A stretch of DNA of 41,841 bases, taken from the IMG/VR virus record IMGVR_UViG_3300033156_001223, positions 1 to 41,841 of that record, one strand, 5' to 3'. Source of the DNA: a virus. Lineage: Duplodnaviria > Heunggongvirae > Uroviricota > Caudoviricetes. The notes beneath the pieces are model-generated. The model was not told the DNA's origin and ran no database searches. It worked only from the letters and a program-made list of their open reading frames with translations. Within the stretch, counting starts at the first letter, position 1, and each line of letters starts with the position of its first letter. Made by a program: the position numbers and the translations under genes. Below are positions 25,529 to 33,009 of the stretch, one piece after another.

Positions 25529-26212
25529 TTAATAAATCAAGAGGTCATAATGTTTGAGTAGGATATCACGGAGAAGTTTGGTTAGCTTAATTATGGAATT
25601 TTTATTATGATAGGCTAGAAGTTTATTAGCAAAAGCCTCATATGGATAGGGTAATAAATATCTACCTACACTCCTCCTAGTGCGTAGTATATAGGCTATA
25701 TCTGACTTACCAAACTTAATCGCAACTTTTCTGAACTCAGGCCACGGAGAAAAATTCCATACAATATATTCAATATATACTTCACACTCCTCTTTTCCTA
25801 CTTTTGAATATATGTCATATATTCTTATCATATTTGAATCTTCATCTTCAGGCCTATAGAAATTTTCGGGGGTAAGCTCAAAGTATTTACTAATAGAGTG
25901 ATGGGGTTCCTTCAGACTAATAGCACCTCGACAAATAGCGAAATAATATTTGTCTAATTGGTCTTTTGGCCGTGAAACAAGCCCAATTGGGTTAAACTTT
26001 GCCTCTTCATCTTTCAAATCCACATCCAGTAATAATAGGTAAGGATCGTTCGACTCAGTAAAGATATGAAGGGTGTCTTGTCTATAATTGTTATCAAATA
26101 GGTAGTCTACATGGATGGTTCGATGTTGATAGGATGGAGGAACACCACCTCTAGGTGGCTCCTCAATCATTTTTGTTATTATTGGGTATCGTCTGTGTTC
26201 CTCTACTCTCAT
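25529..26212 (-). CDS. Array-3 paralog, hypothetical
   Basis: Start moved from 26236 to ATG 26212 (MRVEEH; SD AGGAGGA); C-terminus PYEAFANKLLAY...LLRDILLKHYDLL. Confidence 0.8.
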   Translation of the reverse strand: MRVEEHRRYPIITKMIEEPPRGGVPPSYQHRTIHVDYLFDNNYRQDTLHIFTESNDPYLLLLDVDLKDEEAKFNPIGLVSRPKDQLDKYYFAICRGAISLKEPHHSISKYFELTPENFYRPEDEDSNMIRIYDIYSKVGKEECEVYIEYIVWNFSPWPEFRKVAIKFGKSDIAYILRTRRSVGRYLLPYPYEAFANKLLAYHNKNSIIKLTKLLRDILLKHYDLLIY

Positions 26213-26222
26213 TTTAATCCTC

Positions 26223-26909
26223 CTATGGTAATGCACTTAATAGAAAATCATAATTATTGAAAAGAATGTCTCGTAAGAGTTCTGGAAGTATAAAGAATTG
26301 GTTATCTCTATAAGCTAGGAGCTTCCCGGCAGCTTCAATATATGGCATACCAAGAATCTGTACCTGACTCTTTTCCTTTACTCTCATATCACAGTAACTT
26401 GTAAAATCTGATCCGTCTACTGTAATAAATGCAAATGGCATACTTATAATTGCTTCGTAGTCATATATCTTATAATAAAACATAACCATTTTGAGCCGGT
26501 CATCATAAAGCTCAGTCTCTAATGTTGAAACTAGGATCCCAGAAAAATTTTTGTCTTCACATCGATAATACTCATTCAGATCGGTTATAGTTTGAGGCCT
26601 ATCAGATGACATATGGAAATGTGCAGTAACCGCAGCACGACAAACAGCAAACCGATGGGTTATATAGACTTCTTCAGCATCCAAAATATTCAATAGCTTA
26701 TAAGGATATGCTGTGTTCTCAGTAAAATAAAGCCAACTTACTATGGCCTTGTCAAAATATTTGTCTAATTTGAAACTAGCGCGAAAACCTTTACCTCTGT
26801 ACACATACTCAACATGGAAGACTTGATGAGAAGCACCATCTTCATCTGTCCTTTTTCTCTCTAGAATTACTTTTCGTAGGGCCAAACAGTTATGGTCTTC
26901 TACTCTCAA
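26223..26909 (-). CDS. Array-3 paralog, hypothetical
   Basis: Start moved from GTG 26918 (which lies inside the SD AGGAGGTG) to TTG 26909, giving MRVEDH; C-terminus PYIEAAGKLLAY...LLRDILFNNYDFL. Confidence 0.8.
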   Translation of the reverse strand: MRVEDHNCLALRKVILERKRTDEDGASHQVFHVEYVYRGKGFRASFKLDKYFDKAIVSWLYFTENTAYPYKLLNILDAEEVYITHRFAVCRAAVTAHFHMSSDRPQTITDLNEYYRCEDKNFSGILVSTLETELYDDRLKMVMFYYKIYDYEAIISMPFAFITVDGSDFTSYCDMRVKEKSQVQILGMPYIEAAGKLLAYRDNQFFILPELLRDILFNNYDFLLSALP

Positions 26910-26921
26910 TTTAGGCACCTC

Positions 26922-27608
26922 CTAATTGACACGATATAGGAAATCGAAAAAGTAGAGTAACATATTCCAAATCTCGATAGATATTCCTATTCTATTGTGA
27001 TAACGTGTGTGTTCCTTGATTTTATCTGCAAATACTTCATAGGGAATATCCACGATTTGAACCCTGCAATAGGGGCCTTTTGATACTGTTTGATGAAGAT
27101 GATCATTATCAAGCTTATTTACCACAAGAGAGGCCTTATGAAGTGAATCAAAGGAATCCCACGAACTTTTATATATAATATGGAACACAGAGTGATCTTC
27201 AGTAACCTTCTCTAAATCAGTCGCCCATATTTTAATATTTTGAATTGCCACATCTTTCTTGAGACTAGATATATCATTCTCTGTAAGGGTTCTATATTTA
27301 GAATCCATATTATTTAATACAGCTTTGCAATGTACTATTCCTCGATGTGAAACTCCAACTTCTAAACTCGCTGGCAGATCTACTACCTTCTGAAACCTTC
27401 GTATACACCCAGATTGGTAATCATATTCGATTATTCCCAATTCGTAGAGTTCTAAGCGGAAAGAATAGAAACTATATACGGTTTTACGATAAACTTCACC
27501 ACATTGTTTATATTCAGCATAGTAAATGGAGAGTGGATGAAACTCGTCATGAACTACTTTAGTTATCTTCGGGGTAGGCGACGGACCTATATGATTTTCT
27601 ACTCGCAT
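26922..27608 (-). CDS. Array-3 paralog, hypothetical
   Basis: MRVENH start (no SD); PYEVFADKI and C-terminal LLYFFDFL. Confidence 0.75.
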   Translation of the reverse strand: MRVENHIGPSPTPKITKVVHDEFHPLSIYYAEYKQCGEVYRKTVYSFYSFRLELYELGIIEYDYQSGCIRRFQKVVDLPASLEVGVSHRGIVHCKAVLNNMDSKYRTLTENDISSLKKDVAIQNIKIWATDLEKVTEDHSVFHIIYKSSWDSFDSLHKASLVVNKLDNDHLHQTVSKGPYCRVQIVDIPYEVFADKIKEHTRYHNRIGISIEIWNMLLYFFDFLYRVN

Positions 27609-28276
27609 TTATAACTTGGTATAGGAGACAACAATACTGAAGTAGATAAATTTGTACCAAGACTAATTAACTCTGCAATGATATCATCATTTTCTTCGTT
27701 ATGAACCTCAAAGAGTTCAATTCCAAGATCATCTAATGAAAAAAGGCGTGGACGAAAAATCAATGAAGCCTCCCTTGTAGTAAAACTGGGAATTTCATGG
27801 TAGATGATAGTCAAACGAGTAGTTTCGGGCTCCTCATATCTGTATATAATATTGTGGATACAGATTATTTTATTGTTCTCATCTAACTCAATTGGTGGTG
27901 CATCAGCATCTACGACCCACAAAGCATCCTCACCAGACTCAGTTGATAATATCATTTGAAGGGTATACCCAAAATGCTTAAAGTAAACATCACGTTTATT
28001 AGTAGTAATTTTAGTTTGTAAATTCGGTGCAGAGGAAGGAGTGCTATAAACTACTCTTCCGAATTCTAATATATCATTATTCGGAGGTACAGGTTTATAC
28101 CATATTCTTTTGTAAATGCTAGCAATATTCTTATCTCCTTCCATGTCAATATACTCTATATGCCCGATTCGTACTTCTGATGATGTTTTTTCATCTTTTA
28201 CCCACGGCTCAAGAATCATGCCTTGAATTCTCTCTATTGTACGGAGATGTTTTTGGGTATGGTCAACAACTCGCAT
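27599..28276 (-). CDS. Array-3 paralog apparently lacking the family C-terminal helix
   Basis: MRVVDHTQ; close to 28321..29043 (EPW, RI.H..YID..G.K...S.YK); SD GGAGGGG. Confidence 0.75.
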   Translation of the reverse strand: MRVVDHTQKHLRTIERIQGMILEPWVKDEKTSSEVRIGHIEYIDMEGDKNIASIYKRIWYKPVPPNNDILEFGRVVYSTPSSAPNLQTKITTNKRDVYFKHFGYTLQMILSTESGEDALWVVDADAPPIELDENNKIICIHNIIYRYEEPETTRLTIIYHEIPSFTTREASLIFRPRLFSLDDLGIELFEVHNEENDDIIAELISLGTNLSTSVLLSPIPSYKCE

Positions 28277-28320
28277 AATTTCCCCTCCAATCGTTATCTT
28301 GGAAAGAAATTGACAAGCCC

Positions 28321-29043
28321 CTATTCAAGTAGCCAGTAATAACATTGGAAGAGCAGCTGTCTCAAGGTTCCAGTCAATAAAGGAATGTTGCTCTTAAATA
28401 AAATTTCTTTTACTGTTGTAAGATTCTCAAAAGAATCACATTCACACTGGAGCTCGGTTCTGCAATTTCCTTGCTCATCAAAGATCCTACACATAAAGTT
28501 TCTTATACTCTCGGGGACTATAGCTAGTGTTACTTCCTCTTCGTCATCACCATTAGAAGGAATACAATAATACTTAAGATTTATCATAAAAAGCCCATCT
28601 GCTGCTGAAGATGGATTTTCATAATTTAGCTCAACGACATTGATAACTGGTATTACAAGGTGTTCATATTCCTGAAAAATATGTGGACCCAACTTCTCAG
28701 TTACTGGTAAGTCAATATTTTTATCTGCCTCCAAGCTCAATACTAATAAACAGACAATTGCTTGGTTAAACAGTATACCGGTGTTATGAGAGGCATGAGT
28801 CAGAATAAGTTTAGGGCGAAGAACTGGTACGACATGATCAAAATCTACTCTACCAAGCACCAACGTATCATTATAATTTTGCATTAATTTGTAGAAGCTG
28901 CCTTGGCGTCTCTTACCCTTATCGTCAATATACTGTGCGTGGGCAATTCTAATATCATCGATCAAACCATCACTAGCAATTCTTCTCCATGGTTCAGAAA
29001 TCACCTTCTCCAATCTTATTTGTGTATGACTCACTACTTTCAT
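28321..29043 (-). CDS. Array-3 paralog, hypothetical
   Basis: MKVVSHTQ; SD GGGAGG; C-terminus LTGTLRQLLFQCYYWLLE. Confidence 0.8.
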   Translation of the reverse strand: MKVVSHTQIRLEKVISEPWRRIASDGLIDDIRIAHAQYIDDKGKRRQGSFYKLMQNYNDTLVLGRVDFDHVVPVLRPKLILTHASHNTGILFNQAIVCLLVLSLEADKNIDLPVTEKLGPHIFQEYEHLVIPVINVVELNYENPSSAADGLFMINLKYYCIPSNGDDEEEVTLAIVPESIRNFMCRIFDEQGNCRTELQCECDSFENLTTVKEILFKSNIPLLTGTLRQLLFQCYYWLLE

Positions 29044-29075
29044 CCTCTTTCCTCCCTTAATAATTATTCCTCACC

Positions 29076-29084
29076 TTTATACCA
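29076..29084 (-). promoter_or_regulatory. Extended -10-like TGGTATAAA heading array 3
   Basis: In the divergent intergenic region, T-rich upstream, about 32 nt above ATG 29043. Confidence 0.45.
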
Positions 29085-29094
29085 CAAAATTGAT

Positions 29095-29125
29095 TTGACT
29101 TTTCATAAACTTTCGTTATCATAAT
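29095..29125 (+). promoter_or_regulatory. Putative sigma70/sigmaA-type promoter for the only plus-strand gene
   Basis: TTGACT (29095-29100) with TATCAT at 16-nt spacing or CATAAT at 19-nt spacing; ATG at 29135 has no SD. Confidence 0.45.
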
Positions 29126-29134
29126 TGACAAATA

Positions 29135-29560
29135 ATGTGCTTTGACATCGACTATTTTTCATTCGATGTCTCGGCTGGTAGAAAGAAGGGAGATGATGGG
29201 TTATCAGAAATCAAAGCTTTATATGCCGCGATCATAGACCAGGCAATACGAGACTATCTTGCTTATAAGAATCCAAAAAATATAAACAAAAAATCAGTTG
29301 TAAAGAGAGGAGAAGAGGCAGAGATCTGGCTCTTCTATGAGACTGTAGACAATTTACCAGAATTATATCAGTTCGAAAATGAGAAAGAGATAAAGTTAGC
29401 AAGGTTTACTTGCTTTGAAAACCTATGCCAAATATTGGGATGGTCACCAGAATGGGTAAGAAGGAAAATATGGGAGCTCGAAGACAATGGACAATACTAC
29501 AAACTAGGAAGGAGAAGAGGTTGTGTGTTTGAGCCGGGTGAAGATGATTTCGAACTATGA
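29135..29560 (+). CDS. Conserved-looking hypothetical protein, possibly regulatory
   Basis: ALYAAIIDQAIRDY...AEIWLF...FENLCQILGWSPEWVRR resembles a widespread small phage/bacterial family I recognise by pattern but cannot name reliably. Confidence 0.65.
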   Translation: MCFDIDYFSFDVSAGRKKGDDGLSEIKALYAAIIDQAIRDYLAYKNPKNINKKSVVKRGEEAEIWLFYETVDNLPELYQFENEKEIKLARFTCFENLCQILGWSPEWVRRKIWELEDNGQYYKLGRRRGCVFEPGEDDFEL

Positions 29561-29561
29561 T

Positions 29562-30140
29562 TCAGAAAGTTTTTTCTATTTCTTTCCAAGTTTGCCTACT
29601 AACTTCTCCTAGTCTTAAAAGAACTTCTTTTGGATTTGCTCTTGTTTCCTGTTGAATTTGACGCATGATTTTCTCATAAAGTTGTGGTGATTCCTTCCGC
29701 AGAAGTCTAAGGAACCTAATCAATGCCAAACTCTCCCCAAGATAGGCTTCTCTTTCCCACATTCGACTAAATTTTGATATTAAAATCTCTTCAGGTAACG
29801 AAATTCCCCGTCTTCGTAACTCTCGGGCTACTCGAGCATAAGTCTTGGTCGGCTGCTTAGTATGGATAGCTTCATGTAGCAGAATCCTAAGTTGTTCATG
29901 CGCTGGGAGACTCTTTACTATGTAAATACTTTTGCCACGAAGTTCTCCCCCAGAGGGGGATCCTGTTATGTATGATAAGTCTTTGATTCCGGCCTTTCTC
30001 AGCTCCTTTAATAGTTTCTTGCTGGGAGGTATCTGTTTCTTAAGTTTTATTTTTTTCACTCCACGAACTATCCCAAGCTCTTTTAAGATTTTGAAAACTT
30101 TTTTTATATCTTTTGGTGAAAGTTGTGATAATTTTTTCAC
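29562..30140 (-). CDS. Highly basic HExxH zincin-motif protein
   Basis: RILLHEAIH then WEREAY; Lys/Arg-rich; GTG directly after the amidase stop. Confidence 0.6.
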   Translation of the reverse strand: MKKLSQLSPKDIKKVFKILKELGIVRGVKKIKLKKQIPPSKKLLKELRKAGIKDLSYITGSPSGGELRGKSIYIVKSLPAHEQLRILLHEAIHTKQPTKTYARVARELRRRGISLPEEILISKFSRMWEREAYLGESLALIRFLRLLRKESPQLYEKIMRQIQQETRANPKEVLLRLGEVSRQTWKEIEKTF

Positions 30141-30698
30141 TTAATTCCCCCAACAGTCAATGGCAAAAGCAATCGAATCCGCCAAAATTATTTGATTACC
30201 ACGATTATTAATCCACTTTTCTTCAAATGGGTTAGTAAGAAATAGTGGCTCTACCAATATTGCCGGTGAAATGGTATGTCGTAGCACATAGAAACTTTTC
30301 TCTGCCTTTACTCCTCTTGACGGGAATGGTAGCTGCTTTTTGAAGTATTTTGCTACTTGCTTTGCTAATTTCTCCCCAGGAATGCTTCCTGGATAATGGT
30401 AAACTTCCCAACCTCCTACCCCCTTATCATGGAAAGCATTGAAATGAATAGAGACAAAGCAAAATGTCTTAGATTTACTATGTTTAGATACTATTGTATT
30501 AGCAAAATTGGTTCTACTAGTTAAAGATACAAAAATATCTTCGTCTCTTGTCATATATACTATCCATCCCCACTCTTCCAAAATGTCTTTTACTTTCCTA
30601 GCAATAATTAAATTGATATCTTTCTCTAAGAATATTGCACCTCTGGCACCGGGGTCTTGGCCTCCGTGCCCAGGATCTAATATTGCTATTCTACTCAT
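30141..30698 (-). CDS. N-acetylmuramoyl-L-alanine amidase (Amidase_3), catalytic domain only
   Basis: ILDPGHGGQDPGA, LEKDINL, VYMTRDED, FVSIHFNA, FYVLRHT.SPAILVEP: Zn ligands and catalytic Glu present. Confidence 0.92.
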   Translation of the reverse strand: MSRIAILDPGHGGQDPGARGAIFLEKDINLIIARKVKDILEEWGWIVYMTRDEDIFVSLTSRTNFANTIVSKHSKSKTFCFVSIHFNAFHDKGVGGWEVYHYPGSIPGEKLAKQVAKYFKKQLPFPSRGVKAEKSFYVLRHTISPAILVEPLFLTNPFEEKWINNRGNQIILADSIAFAIDCWGN

Positions 30699-31644
30699 TG
30701 GTTAAATCTATTGGTTGATAATTATCAATTGCCAAGTCTAGAAGTTCTGTCAGAGAAATTACTTCCTGATCAGTTGGCACTCTGACAATCACTGAATTTT
30801 TCTTAGTAATAATTTCCACAAGGCTGTCTGGAACTAAAGGAAAAGTAATAGTTCCATCTATTCCACTATAATAGACTTTCTTATCCCCCATAATGAAGTT
30901 TTGACCAACCACTCTTCCAAAATCTCGATTAATGATGGTAACTGGAGCCCAGGCTTTAGGAGATCCATCAACATTAAGAAATCGCCCAGTGACTGCACAA
31001 GTATTTGTAGGAATAACTACTCCAAGTATTTCAATACTAATAGTCTTATATAAAACGGGGCGAGCTATTGAGACAAAAATACCAGTAGAAGTAATTTCGC
31101 TAGGTGAATAAGTGATTCCATATACTCCAGCTCCTTTTTCTTTGAAAACATCAGATTTTAAATATTTAGTATGAAGTACTCCATTACCAGTAATATACAT
31201 TGCTTCCACTTCATCATGAGTAAGCCCCAACAAAGGATTCCCATTATCATCTACTAGAGTATGTAAAACTTCAATTGGGCTTCCTAAAGTAATGTATTTT
31301 GTAACTTGTACGGCTTCTTCCTCTATTACTTCAAAAGCTTCAATAATAGTCGGATAAGGAATAATTGCCTCTCCGTTATAATTGGCATAGACCCTTGCTG
31401 TAACTGTGCCGAGGGAGTAATTCGAGATATCAATATTGGAAATGTAGAGATAGGCACCCTCTGAGTCTGTACCTTTCTGGATTGGTGGGGAGGAGTAAAT
31501 AGTAGCAGTAAATCTCGAGCTGCCATCACTGTCGTAGAACTCTACATAAAGAGTATTATCCCAGTCTGGAAAGATATAATTTCCAGAAGAATCCTGAATA
31601 CGAAAATCAAAGAATGCCTTTTGGTCTCTGGTGTATTGATTCAT
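30691..31644 (-). CDS. Beta-rich (Ig/transthyretin-like) probable virion protein
   Basis: C-terminal CAVTGRFLNVDGSP....V...SGIDGTITFPLVP..VRVP resembles carboxypeptidase-regulatory/BppU-like beta-sandwich modules. Confidence 0.45.
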   Translation of the reverse strand: MNQYTRDQKAFFDFRIQDSSGNYIFPDWDNTLYVEFYDSDGSSRFTATIYSSPPIQKGTDSEGAYLYISNIDISNYSLGTVTARVYANYNGEAIIPYPTIIEAFEVIEEEAVQVTKYITLGSPIEVLHTLVDDNGNPLLGLTHDEVEAMYITGNGVLHTKYLKSDVFKEKGAGVYGITYSPSEITSTGIFVSIARPVLYKTISIEILGVVIPTNTCAVTGRFLNVDGSPKAWAPVTIINRDFGRVVGQNFIMGDKKVYYSGIDGTITFPLVPDSLVEIITKKNSVIVRVPTDQEVISLTELLDLAIDNYQPIDLTNE

Positions 31645-32357
31645 TAAACACTCCTATATTGCAAATACCTTTGAATTTTAAGAGCTATATTCTTTTTTAT
31701 TCTGCTAACTGCAGATGGACTCTTTTTCAGTTTAGCTGCTATCTCTTGAGTAGACAATTGAGACCTACCACCTACTCCTAGAGTGTATTCATAGACCAAT
31801 CTCTCTTCAGGAGTAAGATCCCAGTAAATTAGTTGTAAAAGCTCTTCTGCTCTACTCTTTCCACCAATCTCTCCAACCATTTCTGGATCCAAAGTATGTG
31901 GAACATCTATCCCTCTGAGCTCAGATTCCATTCTTTCTACTTCCCGTATTGGCCACTTTAGCCTTTCGGACAATTCCTGAATGTTGGGCTCTCTTCCAAG
32001 AGTTTCTTGAAGTTCGGTGTAGGCATTGCGGTATAGTTGGATTCTTCTTCTCCTATGTTCTGGTATATGGAGAATGTTTTGATGAGTTCCTACATAGCGA
32101 GAAAGCCCCATAAGATGATAATAAACATGAGTACCAAGAGTAGTCCCCCGACGAGGGTTGTAGGTTTTAAAAGCGTTGATTGCCAGTCTCTTAGCCTCAA
32201 TTTCCAACAAATCTCTAGGAACAGCTGCACCATGGAATTTATTAACAGCCTTTTGTATCATAGGATGGAAACTATCCAATAATCTTTGGAGATTCTCGTC
32301 GGTAGGGTACCTCTTCCAGCGTTTCCATAATTCGAGCTGTCGTTCGGATCGAAGCAT
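31644..32357 (-). CDS. RNA polymerase sigma factor, sigma-70 family (SigF/SigB/FliA-like architecture)
   Basis: Region 2 AFKTYNPRRGTTLGTHVYYHL, ILHIPEH, region 3 LGREPNIQELSERL, region 4 HTH LSTQEIAAKLKKSPSAVSRIKK. Confidence 0.85.
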   Translation of the reverse strand: MLRSERQLELWKRWKRYPTDENLQRLLDSFHPMIQKAVNKFHGAAVPRDLLEIEAKRLAINAFKTYNPRRGTTLGTHVYYHLMGLSRYVGTHQNILHIPEHRRRRIQLYRNAYTELQETLGREPNIQELSERLKWPIREVERMESELRGIDVPHTLDPEMVGEIGGKSRAEELLQLIYWDLTPEERLVYEYTLGVGGRSQLSTQEIAAKLKKSPSAVSRIKKNIALKIQRYLQYRSV

Positions 32358-32362
32358 TATCT

Positions 32363-32530
32363 TTAAATTCTACCATAGATAACTTTACGCAACTTAGGGA
32401 TACTACGTCTATATTGCTTTATAGCCTTGGCAAGCCTTGCCTTCAAGGCCGCTTTTGGGTCCAAATATGCTTTCTGTAATAATAGTGCTTGAGCAAGCTT
32501 AATTAGAATTTCCTTCTTCGTATCAACCAT
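32363..32530 (-). CDS. Small basic protein, 55 aa, not in ORF track (MVDTKKEILIKLAQALLLQKAYLDPKAALKARLAKAIKQYRRSIPKLRKVIYGRI)
   Basis: Manual translation; TAATG overlap with upstream gene; fills the gap before the sigma gene. Confidence 0.7.
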   Translation of the reverse strand: MVDTKKEILIKLAQALLLQKAYLDPKAALKARLAKAIKQYRRSIPKLRKVIYGRI

Positions 32531-32973
32531 TATATTATCTTTTCCTTTGACTGGTAGCTTTTTCTTCCTGTTGGAGACAATACCCTACCTTTACCGACAG
32601 GCTTGCTAGAGATTCCAGACTCTCGTAGCACTTTATACCCCTTTAGTTGTTTTTTGGCTGTTGGGTGGAGGGCTTCTTCAAGTCTCCTTGCCTCTTCCGG
32701 GTTTATCTTCCTAGCTCTAACAATTTTTTCATAATATGCTGCCACCTCCTCAACAGACTTGAATTTTTTACCCATTCCTAGAGCTCGTCTCAGAGGTGCT
32801 ATCGAGAAAGCTACTTTAGCACTAAAATCATCCAAAGTTTCAGCACTCTCAGCAGCCAGTTTGACTGCTTGTAAATAATCAAGTGCTAGAAAGAGATACT
32901 CTGGGTTGATCTGCCCAAAGATCTCTTGAGCGGTTTTAGCAAGTAGTTGATCAACAAAGTCTTTTTTCATCAA
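32530..32973 (-). CDS. Hypothetical protein with acidic N-half and basic C-half
   Basis: ORF track; SD GGAGGAG (start TTG 32973 or ATG 32970). Confidence 0.7.
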   Translation of the reverse strand: MMKKDFVDQLLAKTAQEIFGQINPEYLFLALDYLQAVKLAAESAETLDDFSAKVAFSIAPLRRALGMGKKFKSVEEVAAYYEKIVRARKINPEEARRLEEALHPTAKKQLKGYKVLRESGISSKPVGKGRVLSPTGRKSYQSKEKII

Positions 32974-33009
32974 ACTCCTCCATTTTTATTTAACAATAAG
33001 TAGCTACAA

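Noticed and set aside
25505-25531. Stop-codon read-through or alternative genetic code joining 25529..26212 to the in-frame relic
   Set aside because: Requires reading through both TAA and TAG; TAA, TAG and TGA all act as ordinary, coupled stops across the window.
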